A DNA stretch of 56,299 nucleotides, taken from positions 1 to 56,299 of IMG/VR virus record IMGVR_UViG_3300021368_000027. The stretch is one strand, 5' to 3'. The stretch's first letter is position 1, and each line of letters starts with the position of its first letter. Positions 14,185-22,666 of this stretch are shown one piece after another. This DNA comes from a virus (lineage: Duplodnaviria; Caudoviricetes). The translations under genes and the position numbers were made by a program. A model generated the notes under the pieces. That model was given only the letters and a program-made list of their open reading frames with translations. It did not search any database and was not told the DNA's origin.

Positions 14185-16232
14185 GACTAGTGCTAGACGT
14201 AGAGAACACTGTCACTAAGCGTGACGATAAGGTTCACCTTGATCCCTTTGAACCTACCAATCATTTAGTACAGGTGGGTATGCTAGATGCTGATGATCCT
14301 AAAGCTACCCTGACTATCAAGACACTAGATCACAATGAAGCTACTGACTTCACAGGCTTTCAAAGACTAGAGGTACAGTGGAACTTAGACAACACTGATC
14401 TACTTATCATGCACAATGCACAGCACGACTTAATGTGGCTGTGGGAATGTGGCTTCAAGTATGACGGTGCTATCTATGACACTATGCTTGCTGAGTATAT
14501 CTTAGATCGTGGGCAGAGAAACGGACTAAGCCTCCAGGCTTGTGCAGAACGTAGACAACTAAAGGTACAGAAGGATGATACACTCAAGAAGTATTTCAAA
14601 GAAGGTAAGAACACAAACGAGATACCGTTGGAAGAACTCTGCTTTTATCTTGAGCATGACTTGCTTACTACTTGTGAGTTGTTCCACGCTCAAGAAGCAG
14701 ACTTCGCCAAGCCTGAAGCTGCCTCCCTTAGTACAATCAAAAGAGTTACCTTCAACACCTGCAAGACCCTCACAGAAATCTATATGGCAGGATTCAAAGT
14801 CGATCTTCCAGAGTTGGAAAGAGTAGCAAAGGAGTTTGAAAATGAGAAAGCTGAAATCGAAACACGTCTGCAAAAGAAAGTCAGGGAAGTTATGGGGGAT
14901 ACTCCGATCAACCTACGTTCACCTGAACAGAAGTCGCAGGTATTATTCAGCAGAAGAGTACATGACAAGAAAGAATGGGCTGATCTCTTCGAGTTCACTA
15001 CGACACAAGAAGAGTTTAAGGATGCCGTTAAAGCCAACTCCTCACCGATCTACAGGACACAGGCATACACCTGCCCTAGTTGCGAAGGGCAAGGTAAAGT
15101 ATACCGACTTAAAAAAGATGGAACAAAGTTTGCTAGACCGAATAAATGCAAAGATTGTAATGCACAAGGATACAAACTAAAGGATAGCAAACAGATAGCA
15201 GGGCTACGCTTTACTGCACCAAGTAAGAAGTGGGTCAGTGCTAATGGATTCAACACAGGAAAGGATGAACTAGATGTACTTTCTTCAACTGCTAAGAACA
15301 ATAGAATGGACGAGGCTTTTAATTTCCTTTCTGACCTTAAACGTCATAATGCTGTCTCTTCTTATCTATCTGCTTTTGTCAACGGAATACGGACATACAC
15401 TAAGGCAAACGGATTCCTGCACGTTGGACTTACTCAGCATATTACAGCCACTGGACGTTTCAGTGGAAGAAATCCCAACATGCAAAACATGCCAAGAGGA
15501 GGTACATTCCCAGTAAAGAAAGTATTTGTATCACGATTTGATAATGGATTAATAATGGAGGCCGACTTTGCACAACTCGAATTTAGGACAGCAGCGTTCT
15601 TGGCACAGGATGAAACAGCGATGCGAGAGATTGCAACTGGTTTCGATGTACATGCTTACACAGCAAAAGTTATTACTGATGCAGGGCAACCAACATCACG
15701 TCAAGAAGCTAAAGAACACACGTTTGCACCGCTCTTTGGAGCAAGCGGTTATGGACGTACAAAAGCTGAAGCAACGTACTACACCCACTTCAATGAAAAG
15801 TACAAAGGCATAGCTAACTGGCACAGGAACTTAGCTGACGAGGCACTACGCTTCATGAAGATAACAAACATATCAGGCAGACAGTACGCTTTCCCTGATG
15901 TGACAAGACGTAGCAGTGGTGTACCAACGCACTTCACAATGATAAAGAACTATCCAGTGCAGGGCTTTGCTACTGGTGATGTAGTGCCAGTGGTACTCAA
16001 TGAAATGCATGAACGTTTACGACATATGAAGTCGTGTTTAGTTAACACTGTACATGATTCTATGGTAGTAGATGTACATCCTGACGAGAAAGACTTAGTG
16101 TTGTCTCTTGTTTGGACTATGAACCAAGACTTAAACAATATAATAGAGGAGACATATGGTATAAAGATGAATGTTCCTATGCTTTTAGAAGCAAAGATAG
16201 GAAAGAATTGGCTTGACACAGTTGATATATAG
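14181..16232 (+). CDS. polA: Family A DNA polymerase with 3'-5' exonuclease and DnaJ-type Zn-finger insertion
   Basis: Exo I DVE, Exo II HNAQHD, Exo III YLEHD; TATGRFS, NMQN, motif A DFAQLEFR, motif B RQEAKEHTFAPLFG, motif C VHDS; CPSCEGQG...CKDCNAQG insertion. Confidence 0.96.
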   Translation: MRLVLDVENTVTKRDDKVHLDPFEPTNHLVQVGMLDADDPKATLTIKTLDHNEATDFTGFQRLEVQWNLDNTDLLIMHNAQHDLMWLWECGFKYDGAIYDTMLAEYILDRGQRNGLSLQACAERRQLKVQKDDTLKKYFKEGKNTNEIPLEELCFYLEHDLLTTCELFHAQEADFAKPEAASLSTIKRVTFNTCKTLTEIYMAGFKVDLPELERVAKEFENEKAEIETRLQKKVREVMGDTPINLRSPEQKSQVLFSRRVHDKKEWADLFEFTTTQEEFKDAVKANSSPIYRTQAYTCPSCEGQGKVYRLKKDGTKFARPNKCKDCNAQGYKLKDSKQIAGLRFTAPSKKWVSANGFNTGKDELDVLSSTAKNNRMDEAFNFLSDLKRHNAVSSYLSAFVNGIRTYTKANGFLHVGLTQHITATGRFSGRNPNMQNMPRGGTFPVKKVFVSRFDNGLIMEADFAQLEFRTAAFLAQDETAMREIATGFDVHAYTAKVITDAGQPTSRQEAKEHTFAPLFGASGYGRTKAEATYYTHFNEKYKGIANWHRNLADEALRFMKITNISGRQYAFPDVTRRSSGVPTHFTMIKNYPVQGFATGDVVPVVLNEMHERLRHMKSCLVNTVHDSMVVDVHPDEKDLVLSLVWTMNQDLNNIIEETYGIKMNVPMLLEAKIGKNWLDTVDI

Positions 16233-16240
16233 TGTATAAC
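16213..16240 (+). promoter_or_regulatory. Promoter TTGACA-N16-TATAAC for the recombination/nucleotide-metabolism genes
   Basis: TTGACA 16213-16218, TATAAC 16235-16240; overlaps the polymerase 3' end. Confidence 0.75.
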
Positions 16241-16274
16241 TAAGATCTCTTTGACTCTATAAAAAGGATATAGA

Positions 16275-17147
16275 ATGAGTAATGAATTAGCAATAGCAAC
16301 AGAACGTGGTCAATCAATGGCTGAACTTATGGGTGTATCTTCTGCACCTAGCACTGAGTATACTCCAAGCATATCACGTTTGGGAATGCTTCATCAACCT
16401 ATCATGGGTGAGGTAGATCTCAATGGTAAGATGATAAAGACAGAGGTAGTACCTGTAGGTGCATTCACCCTCAAGACAGGGGATGATATTGTCTACAGTG
16501 TAGGTGTAACTGTCCGTGTCTTTGCCCAACGCAATCAGTGGCAACGTTGGAATAGTGACACTGAAGAGATGGAAAAGTCTGTGATGTCTAACACTCTCAA
16601 CGGTGACTTGAAGGATAGCATTGGTGGGTTTAACTTAGGTAGACCTACTGGTTACATCGAAGACTTCAACTCACTAGACGAGGCTACCAAGCAAGTGATA
16701 CGTTCAGTCAAACGTGTCGTAGTCTACTACGGTACAGTCACACTGGACAACCCAATGAATGAGAAGGGTGAAGCTGTTGATGCAGTAGAGTCCGTACCAT
16801 TTGTATTAGATGTCAAGAACCGTGACAGCTTGAAGAGTATCAATGGTGTGATGGGTCACCTAAAGAAGAAGAACTTACTACCTATCTTATCTACTATAAA
16901 ACTAGAGGGTGTCGAAGATAGCATACCTACTGGTGCTAAGTTTGGTAAGATACATGCTACCCTGGGTGAGCCTGTGGAGATTAGTAGTGTTGATAATGAT
17001 ATGCTCAAAGACTTCTTAGAACTTATTGAGTATAGCAATGGTAAGATCTTAGACCTACACCATGAACGTGCTAAAGGACACTCTGATGAAGATGAAGCTT
17101 TGGTACAAGAGATACTAGACAATGAGTTCGTAGAGGTGGATGCATAA
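16275..17147 (+). CDS. Putative ssDNA-binding/annealing protein
   Basis: 290 aa with acidic C-terminal tail, located between polymerase and exonuclease; function inferred from position. Confidence 0.55.
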   Translation: MSNELAIATERGQSMAELMGVSSAPSTEYTPSISRLGMLHQPIMGEVDLNGKMIKTEVVPVGAFTLKTGDDIVYSVGVTVRVFAQRNQWQRWNSDTEEMEKSVMSNTLNGDLKDSIGGFNLGRPTGYIEDFNSLDEATKQVIRSVKRVVVYYGTVTLDNPMNEKGEAVDAVESVPFVLDVKNRDSLKSINGVMGHLKKKNLLPILSTIKLEGVEDSIPTGAKFGKIHATLGEPVEISSVDNDMLKDFLELIEYSNGKILDLHHERAKGHSDEDEALVQEILDNEFVEVDA

Positions 17148-18010
17148 TGAACCACCCTGCTGAACTACAAGTCTTTAGCTTTTTGCAAAAGGCTATGTCT
17201 GGTGAAGCTACTATGACAGAGGAGGTAGCCACTCAGGTTGCCTCCGATGTTAAGGCTGCTATGGACAAACAGTTTAACTCAGGTCCACGTGACGAGTTCA
17301 AGCTACGTATGTCTAACATAGGCAGACCTACATGCCAGTTGTGGTTTGAGAAGAATGACCCTGAAGATAAGATACCATTACCTCCACACTTCCTGATGAA
17401 CATGATCCTTGGTGATATTGTTGAGGCTGTGTTCAAAGGATTACTACGTGCAGCAGGTGCTGAGTTCAAAGATAATGATACTGTCACACTCAAGCTACCA
17501 GATGGACAGGAGATAAACGGTGAGTACGACATGGAAATGGATGGCAAGATAGATGATGTTAAGTCTGCATCACCTTGGTCATACAATAACAAGTTTGATT
17601 CATTCGAGTCTTTATCTAAAGGTGATGGCTTCGGTTACATACCTCAGTTAGTCGGCTATTCAGAGGCCGCAGGAAAAGAGGTAGGTGGTTGGTGGGTGGT
17701 CAACAAAGGCAACGGTGAGTTTAAGTACATCAGTGCGGCTGACGTTGATCGTGAAGCAGTGTTAAAGGATATCCAAGATACGGTAAATTATATAGAGAAA
17801 GATGAACCATTCAAGAGATGCTTTGAGCCTGTACCTGAGACATACTTTAAGAAGCAATCAGGTAACCTAGTACTCAACAGTGCATGTAAGTTTTGCAGCT
17901 ACAAGCATAAGTGTTGGGATGGTTTAAAGACGCTACCATCAAGGGTATCTAAAGCAAAGAATCCACCTGAAGTAGACTATGTATTTATAGGTGATGGCCT
18001 TGCCACGTAG
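17147..18010 (+). CDS. PD-(D/E)xK Cas4-like exonuclease
   Basis: RMSNIGRPTC, GEYD...IDDVKS, QLVGY, CKFCSYKHKC. Confidence 0.85.
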   Translation: MNHPAELQVFSFLQKAMSGEATMTEEVATQVASDVKAAMDKQFNSGPRDEFKLRMSNIGRPTCQLWFEKNDPEDKIPLPPHFLMNMILGDIVEAVFKGLLRAAGAEFKDNDTVTLKLPDGQEINGEYDMEMDGKIDDVKSASPWSYNNKFDSFESLSKGDGFGYIPQLVGYSEAAGKEVGGWWVVNKGNGEFKYISAADVDREAVLKDIQDTVNYIEKDEPFKRCFEPVPETYFKKQSGNLVLNSACKFCSYKHKCWDGLKTLPSRVSKAKNPPEVDYVFIGDGLAT

Positions 18011-18431
18011 ACATAACAAAAAGTTATATCGTAGCGGTCTTGAACAAGAGGCTGCTGCGTTTTTAAAGACTAGACAGAGGACGGTAGAGTATGAGAAGAT
18101 AAAGATAGAGTGGGAAGATCTACGCTATCGTACATACACACCAGACTTTGAATTAGACAACGGAGTAATAATAGAAACTAAAGGAATATTTAGTCCTGCA
18201 GATAGACGCAAACATTTAGAAATACAGAGGCAGCATCCAAAGCTAGACATCAGGTTTGTATTCAGCAACGCTAAACAAAGACTTTATAAAGGAGCCAAGT
18301 CTAGGTACTGTGACTGGTGTGAACAAAAAGGTTTCAAGTGGGCGCACCGTGTTATACCTGAAGGTTGGTTATTAGAGAAGGGCAAGCGTATGAAAGTGCA
18401 GCGTGTCGTAGTGAAAAGGAGATCCTCATGA
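17994..18431 (+). CDS. Endonuclease I / Holliday junction resolvase (T7 gp3-like)
   Basis: YRSGLE, YTPDF, IIETKG, DIRFVF motifs. Confidence 0.92.
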   Translation: MALPRRHNKKLYRSGLEQEAAAFLKTRQRTVEYEKIKIEWEDLRYRTYTPDFELDNGVIIETKGIFSPADRRKHLEIQRQHPKLDIRFVFSNAKQRLYKGAKSRYCDWCEQKGFKWAHRVIPEGWLLEKGKRMKVQRVVVKRRSS

Positions 18432-18784
18432 GTCATGAGATACAAGATAATGAAGTTGCAATAATCATAAAGCCTGACATAGATGCAGAAGGTAACTGGA
18501 CAGGAGAACTAAAGACAGGTTTGTTGTTTGGTAATAGTAATCATCCTATTGCTACTAGGAATGCTATGGACTTAGCTTTAACTATGGCAGCATCTATAAA
18601 TGTAATAGAAGATTTTCCTGACTTGTATGAGTACTTTGAAGAAGCCAGACATGAGTTGCTCAAGGAAATGTTTCCTAAACAGTATGCTGAATCAGAGCTT
18701 GCAATCAAGGATGAAATGGATTATACCACAGAGGGTAACGTAATCAAGTTAACCAAGTGGACAAAGACAATGGGTGAAGCATGA
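18428..18784 (+). CDS. Hypothetical protein
   Basis: Start ATG 18428 (MSHEIQDNE...) after AAGGAGA. Confidence 0.75.
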   Translation: MSHEIQDNEVAIIIKPDIDAEGNWTGELKTGLLFGNSNHPIATRNAMDLALTMAASINVIEDFPDLYEYFEEARHELLKEMFPKQYAESELAIKDEMDYTTEGNVIKLTKWTKTMGEA

Positions 18785-19086
18785 GCAAACACGAACAAGA
18801 AGAGTTTACTATAGAAGAATTGTTTGATGACATTGGCGACATAGATGAATTAAAGGAAGTAAAAGTGAGTGACTTGGTAAATCATCCACCACACTACAAT
18901 CAAGCAGGTATAGAGTGTATTGATGCTATCCTTGCTGCAACTAATCATAACAAAGAAGGATACTTACAAGGCAACATACTGAAGTACGTATGGAGGTATG
19001 ACTACAAGGGTGGCCTAGAAGATTTGCAAAAGGCACAGTGGTATTTAAACAAACTTATTGAGGTATATAAAGAGAAGCACAAATGA
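18781..19086 (+). CDS. DUF3310 protein (T7 gp1.7-like nucleotide kinase family)
   Basis: VNHPPHY...IECIDAI...GNILKYVWR...KGGLEDLQKAQWY. Confidence 0.88.
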   Translation: MSKHEQEEFTIEELFDDIGDIDELKEVKVSDLVNHPPHYNQAGIECIDAILAATNHNKEGYLQGNILKYVWRYDYKGGLEDLQKAQWYLNKLIEVYKEKHK

Positions 19087-19253
19087 AACGTAAGTTTAGT
19101 GTAACATATATGATTGAAGTTGATGAACAGAATAACTTTTTATCTGCTCATGAAGAAGGGCATACAGAAGATGTGCATGACTTAGTGAGTAATCTTATGC
19201 ATGATGTAGATGATATTAGAATACACAATTTGATGGTCAAGGAGAGACAATGA
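19083..19253 (+). CDS. Small hypothetical protein, 56 aa (not in track)
   Basis: MKRKFSVTYMIEVDEQNNFLSAHEEGHTEDVHDLVSNLMHDVDDIRIHNLMVKERQ; overlaps both neighbours by 4 nt. Confidence 0.7.
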   Translation: MKRKFSVTYMIEVDEQNNFLSAHEEGHTEDVHDLVSNLMHDVDDIRIHNLMVKERQ

Positions 19254-19606
19254 TAACACAAGAAGACATAGATCACTTTGCAGATATGCAATCCCCTATC
19301 ATGGACATGGGGTACTATCAACAGGAAGCAGTGAAGACTGCTATCTATACTGACCCTATAATATACCCTGCGTTGGGCTTGGGTAATGAAGCAGGTGAAG
19401 TCCAAGGTAAGATCAAGAAGATGTTGCGTGATGGTACGTTCAACAAGGATGCTATAGCTGCAGAGATTGGTGATGTGTTGTGGTACATTGCTGCGCTGTG
19501 TCGTGACTTAGAGATAGACATGGCAGAGGTAGCGTTGAAGAACTTGTCTAAGCTGAAGAGCAGACAGGAGAGAGGAACTATAAAAGGAAGCGGTGACAAT
19601 AGATGA
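19250..19606 (+). CDS. mazG: MazG-like nucleotide pyrophosphohydrolase
   Basis: LGLGNEAGEV...KK...EIGDVLWY...N..KL..R motifs. Confidence 0.92.
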   Translation: MITQEDIDHFADMQSPIMDMGYYQQEAVKTAIYTDPIIYPALGLGNEAGEVQGKIKKMLRDGTFNKDAIAAEIGDVLWYIAALCRDLEIDMAEVALKNLSKLKSRQERGTIKGSGDNR

Positions 19607-19698
19607 CAGACATTTATATGGCTATGATCATATTGTTTCTTGTAATTGTAGGAGCAGTGTGGGTGTTTACTAGAGACTACGGAGGAAAAGATGAGTAA
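19603..19698 (+). CDS. 31-aa membrane peptide (not in track)
   Basis: MTDIYMAMIILFLVIVGAVWVFTRDYGGKDE; bridges mazG and nrdJ. Confidence 0.55.
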   Translation: MTDIYMAMIILFLVIVGAVWVFTRDYGGKDE

Positions 19699-21589
19699 CT
19701 TATTACCGACAGACTATCAAAGTTTTATACACCAATCACGGTACGCAAAGTACATTGATGGTAAAGGCCGTGAGTCATGGGCTGAGACAGTAGGACGCTA
19801 CGTTGATAACGTGGTACGTCCAAAGCTAGGCAACGACTCATGGGTTAATTCTATAGAACAAGCCATACTTGGACTTGAAGTTATGCCAAGCATGAGAGCC
19901 ATGATGACTAGTGGTGCTGCGTTGGATAGAGATAATACAGCAGGATACAACTGTAGCTATCTACCAGTGGATGACCCTAAGTCATTCGATGAAGCTATGT
20001 TTATCTTGTTATGCGGTACAGGCGTTGGCTTCAGTGTTGAGCGTCAGTTCATACAGCAGCTACCAGAAATACCTGAGTTGTTTGAGAGTGAGACTACCAT
20101 CGTTGTTAAGGATAGCAAAGAGGGTTGGGCTAAAGCATACAGACAACTACTAGCATTACTGTGGGCAGGTGAGATACCTAAGTGGGATGTTTCCAAGGTT
20201 AGACCTGCAGGTGCTAGGCTAAAAACTTTTGGCGGTAGAGCCAGTGGTCCTGGTCCTCTTGTTGAGTTGTTCAACTTCACAGTTACAACATTCAAGTTGG
20301 CACAAGGACGTAAGCTATCTTCTATGGAATGCCACGACTTGATGTGTTTCATAGGTCAGATAGTTGTAGTAGGTGGTGTCAGACGTAGTGCTATGATATC
20401 TCTGTCTAACCTTAGTGATGATCGTATGCGTCACGCTAAGTCAGGACAATGGTGGGAAACAGCAGCACACAGAGCATTAGCTAACAACAGTGTATCTTAC
20501 ACAGAGAAGCCTGACATTGAAACATTCATGCGAGAATGGACTGCTCTGGTAGAGAGTAAGTCTGGTGAGAGAGGTATATTTAATCGTGAAGCATCTAAGA
20601 AACAAGCTGAGAAATATGGTAGGCGAGATCCCAACCATGAGTTTGGAACTAATCCTTGCAGTGAGATCATACTTAGGCCGTATCAGTTCTGCAATCTTAC
20701 GGAGGTTGTTGTTAGGGCAACTGACACATTGGATACGCTCAAGCGTAAGGTCAAGTTGGCTACGATTCTTGGCACTATTCAATCTTCCTACACCAGATTT
20801 CCATACCTACGTAAAGTCTGGCAAAGAAACACAGAAGAAGAAAGACTCTTAGGTGTATCACTAACAGGTATCATGGACAATCCATTGATGACTGCAGTCA
20901 ACTCTAACTTGGAGAAAACATTAAATGAACTACGAACTATCGCAGTGGATACTAATGCTGAATATGCTGAGTTGCTTGGTATACCTCAGTCTGCTGCTAT
21001 TACCTGCGTCAAGCCTTCGGGTACTGTCTCACAACTCGTTGACAGTGCCAGTGGTATACATGCTCGTCACTCTCCATATTATATCCGTACTGTACGAGGT
21101 GATAATAAAGATCCCCTCACACAGTTTATGATAGACCAGAAAGTTCCTAACGAACCATGTGTATTCAAGGGTGACACTACAACTGTGTTCAGCTTCCCTG
21201 TCAAATCACCAGACGATGCTGTAACACGTAACGACATGACTGCTATTGAGCAGCTAGAGACATGGCTCATGTACCAACGCCATTGGTGTGAGCATAAACC
21301 TAGTGTAACAATATCAGTACGTGATGATGAATGGCTTGATGTGGGAGCCTTTGTCTATAAACACTTTGATGAGATGTCAGGTGTGTCTTTTTTACCACAC
21401 TCAGATCATACCTATCAGCAAGCCCCATACCAAGACTGTGGTAAGCATGACTACGAAATGTTATTGTCATGTATGCCAGAAACTATTGACTGGAGTAAAC
21501 TTTCAGAGTATGAACAAGAAGATAACACTAAGTCCAGTCAAACTTTTGCTTGCTCTGGTGATGTGTGTGAAGTAGTAGATATAACATAG
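19691..21589 (+). CDS. nrdJ: Class II (adenosylcobalamin-dependent) ribonucleotide reductase
   Basis: PSMR, YNCS, GTGVG, GGVRRSA, TNPCSEI, TCVKPSGTVS, C-terminal CSGDVC; no beta subunit gene in the window. Confidence 0.93.
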   Translation: MSNLLPTDYQSFIHQSRYAKYIDGKGRESWAETVGRYVDNVVRPKLGNDSWVNSIEQAILGLEVMPSMRAMMTSGAALDRDNTAGYNCSYLPVDDPKSFDEAMFILLCGTGVGFSVERQFIQQLPEIPELFESETTIVVKDSKEGWAKAYRQLLALLWAGEIPKWDVSKVRPAGARLKTFGGRASGPGPLVELFNFTVTTFKLAQGRKLSSMECHDLMCFIGQIVVVGGVRRSAMISLSNLSDDRMRHAKSGQWWETAAHRALANNSVSYTEKPDIETFMREWTALVESKSGERGIFNREASKKQAEKYGRRDPNHEFGTNPCSEIILRPYQFCNLTEVVVRATDTLDTLKRKVKLATILGTIQSSYTRFPYLRKVWQRNTEEERLLGVSLTGIMDNPLMTAVNSNLEKTLNELRTIAVDTNAEYAELLGIPQSAAITCVKPSGTVSQLVDSASGIHARHSPYYIRTVRGDNKDPLTQFMIDQKVPNEPCVFKGDTTTVFSFPVKSPDDAVTRNDMTAIEQLETWLMYQRHWCEHKPSVTISVRDDEWLDVGAFVYKHFDEMSGVSFLPHSDHTYQQAPYQDCGKHDYEMLLSCMPETIDWSKLSEYEQEDNTKSSQTFACSGDVCEVVDIT

Positions 21590-21598
21590 GAGTAAGTA

Positions 21599-21799
21599 AT
21601 GGGTTTTTGGGTTTTAATAGCACTGTTTATATTTGATGGTAAGCCAATGGTTATGAGTGACAACATCTTATATCCCAGTGTAGAGTCGTGCCACGAAGCA
21701 GCACAAGCACGTAGAGATACATTAGATGCTACCAAACCTGACTACGATTTTAAAGCAGACTACTGGGTATGGTGTACACAAATGCCAAAGGAGTTATAA
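21599..21799 (+). CDS. Hypothetical protein
   Basis: 66 aa, hydrophobic N-terminus, YPSVESC...C; RBS AGGAG. Confidence 0.7.
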   Translation: MGFWVLIALFIFDGKPMVMSDNILYPSVESCHEAAQARRDTLDATKPDYDFKADYWVWCTQMPKEL

Positions 21800-22473
21800 T
21801 GCCTAATTGTAAATATTGTAATGTAGAGTTAGTAGGTGGATATAAAAGTGAAGGTGGTAACTGGAATCCATCTTGGGCTAAAAAAGGTACACATAAAGTA
21901 TGTAAGCCTTGTTTCAACAAGAAATATATGAAGAAGTGGAACGATAAAAGAAACGTAAAAAATAATCCTATAAATAATCCTCTTGCCATGTATGTAAATG
22001 GTAAATACATATCACGTAAACATCCACTATACAAACCTGGACGCTACAAAACTTTTAGTGATGCAGCTTTTGATGGTACGTATAAATTAGAATCTATTAA
22101 AGAAGGATACGTGTATGCTATAACTAATCCTGCTTGGCCTGAGTGGGTTAAGATAGGTATGGCTGTAGATGCTGACGATAGATGCAATGGCTATCAGACT
22201 AGTAGCCCTTTTAGAGACTACAAAGTAGAGCATATGGTTGTGACAAACAACAGACGTGAAGCAGAAGCACAGGCGCACAAAGCAGCAGGTAAGGTTGCAC
22301 AAGAGAAGAGAGGTGAATGGTTTAAGTTAAGTATTGAACAGGCTAAAAATATATTAAACACTTGTTCTGTCATAGTAGAACCAGAAGCTAAAAAAGAAGA
22401 GCAACCTAAACAAAAAGAGCAGGTAAAACCTGCCATACAGGATCTATTTAGTTATGCAGAAACTGGAACGTGA
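21799..22473 (+). CDS. GIY-YIG superfamily (T5orf172/Mug113-like) nuclease with N-terminal Zn finger
   Basis: CKYC...CKPC; GYVYAITNPAWPEWVKIG, R...YQTSSPFRDY, E...H, GEWF; start ATG 21799 by TAATG coupling. Confidence 0.82.
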   Translation: MPNCKYCNVELVGGYKSEGGNWNPSWAKKGTHKVCKPCFNKKYMKKWNDKRNVKNNPINNPLAMYVNGKYISRKHPLYKPGRYKTFSDAAFDGTYKLESIKEGYVYAITNPAWPEWVKIGMAVDADDRCNGYQTSSPFRDYKVEHMVVTNNRREAEAQAHKAAGKVAQEKRGEWFKLSIEQAKNILNTCSVIVEPEAKKEEQPKQKEQVKPAIQDLFSYAETGT

Positions 22474-22636
22474 AGCCAAGAAGTGGATGGAAGAAAAACG
22501 TAAAGGAAAGATAATCTGCCCTAAGTGCGACACTGAAATGATACAAGGTGGTGACCACGATGGAGAAGATGATTACATAGTTAGTAACTTTAGTTGTAAT
22601 ACTTGTGATACATTCTTATTGTTATACTGGAAATGA
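22454..22636 (+). CDS. Small zinc-ribbon protein
   Basis: CPKC...GGDHD...CNTC. Confidence 0.7.
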   Translation: MQKLEREAKKWMEEKRKGKIICPKCDTEMIQGGDHDGEDDYIVSNFSCNTCDTFLLLYWK

Positions 22637-22666
22637 AAAGGGCCGCTAGTTGCGGCCCCTTCTCTT
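22636..22666. terminator. Intrinsic terminator between the convergent arms (probably bidirectional)
   Basis: AAAA-GGGCCGC-TAGTT-GCGGCCC-CTTCTCTTT. Confidence 0.85.

Noticed and set aside
17147-18010. Cas4 as part of a CRISPR system
   Set aside because: Solo Cas4-like exonuclease in a replication module; no cas1/cas2 or array.
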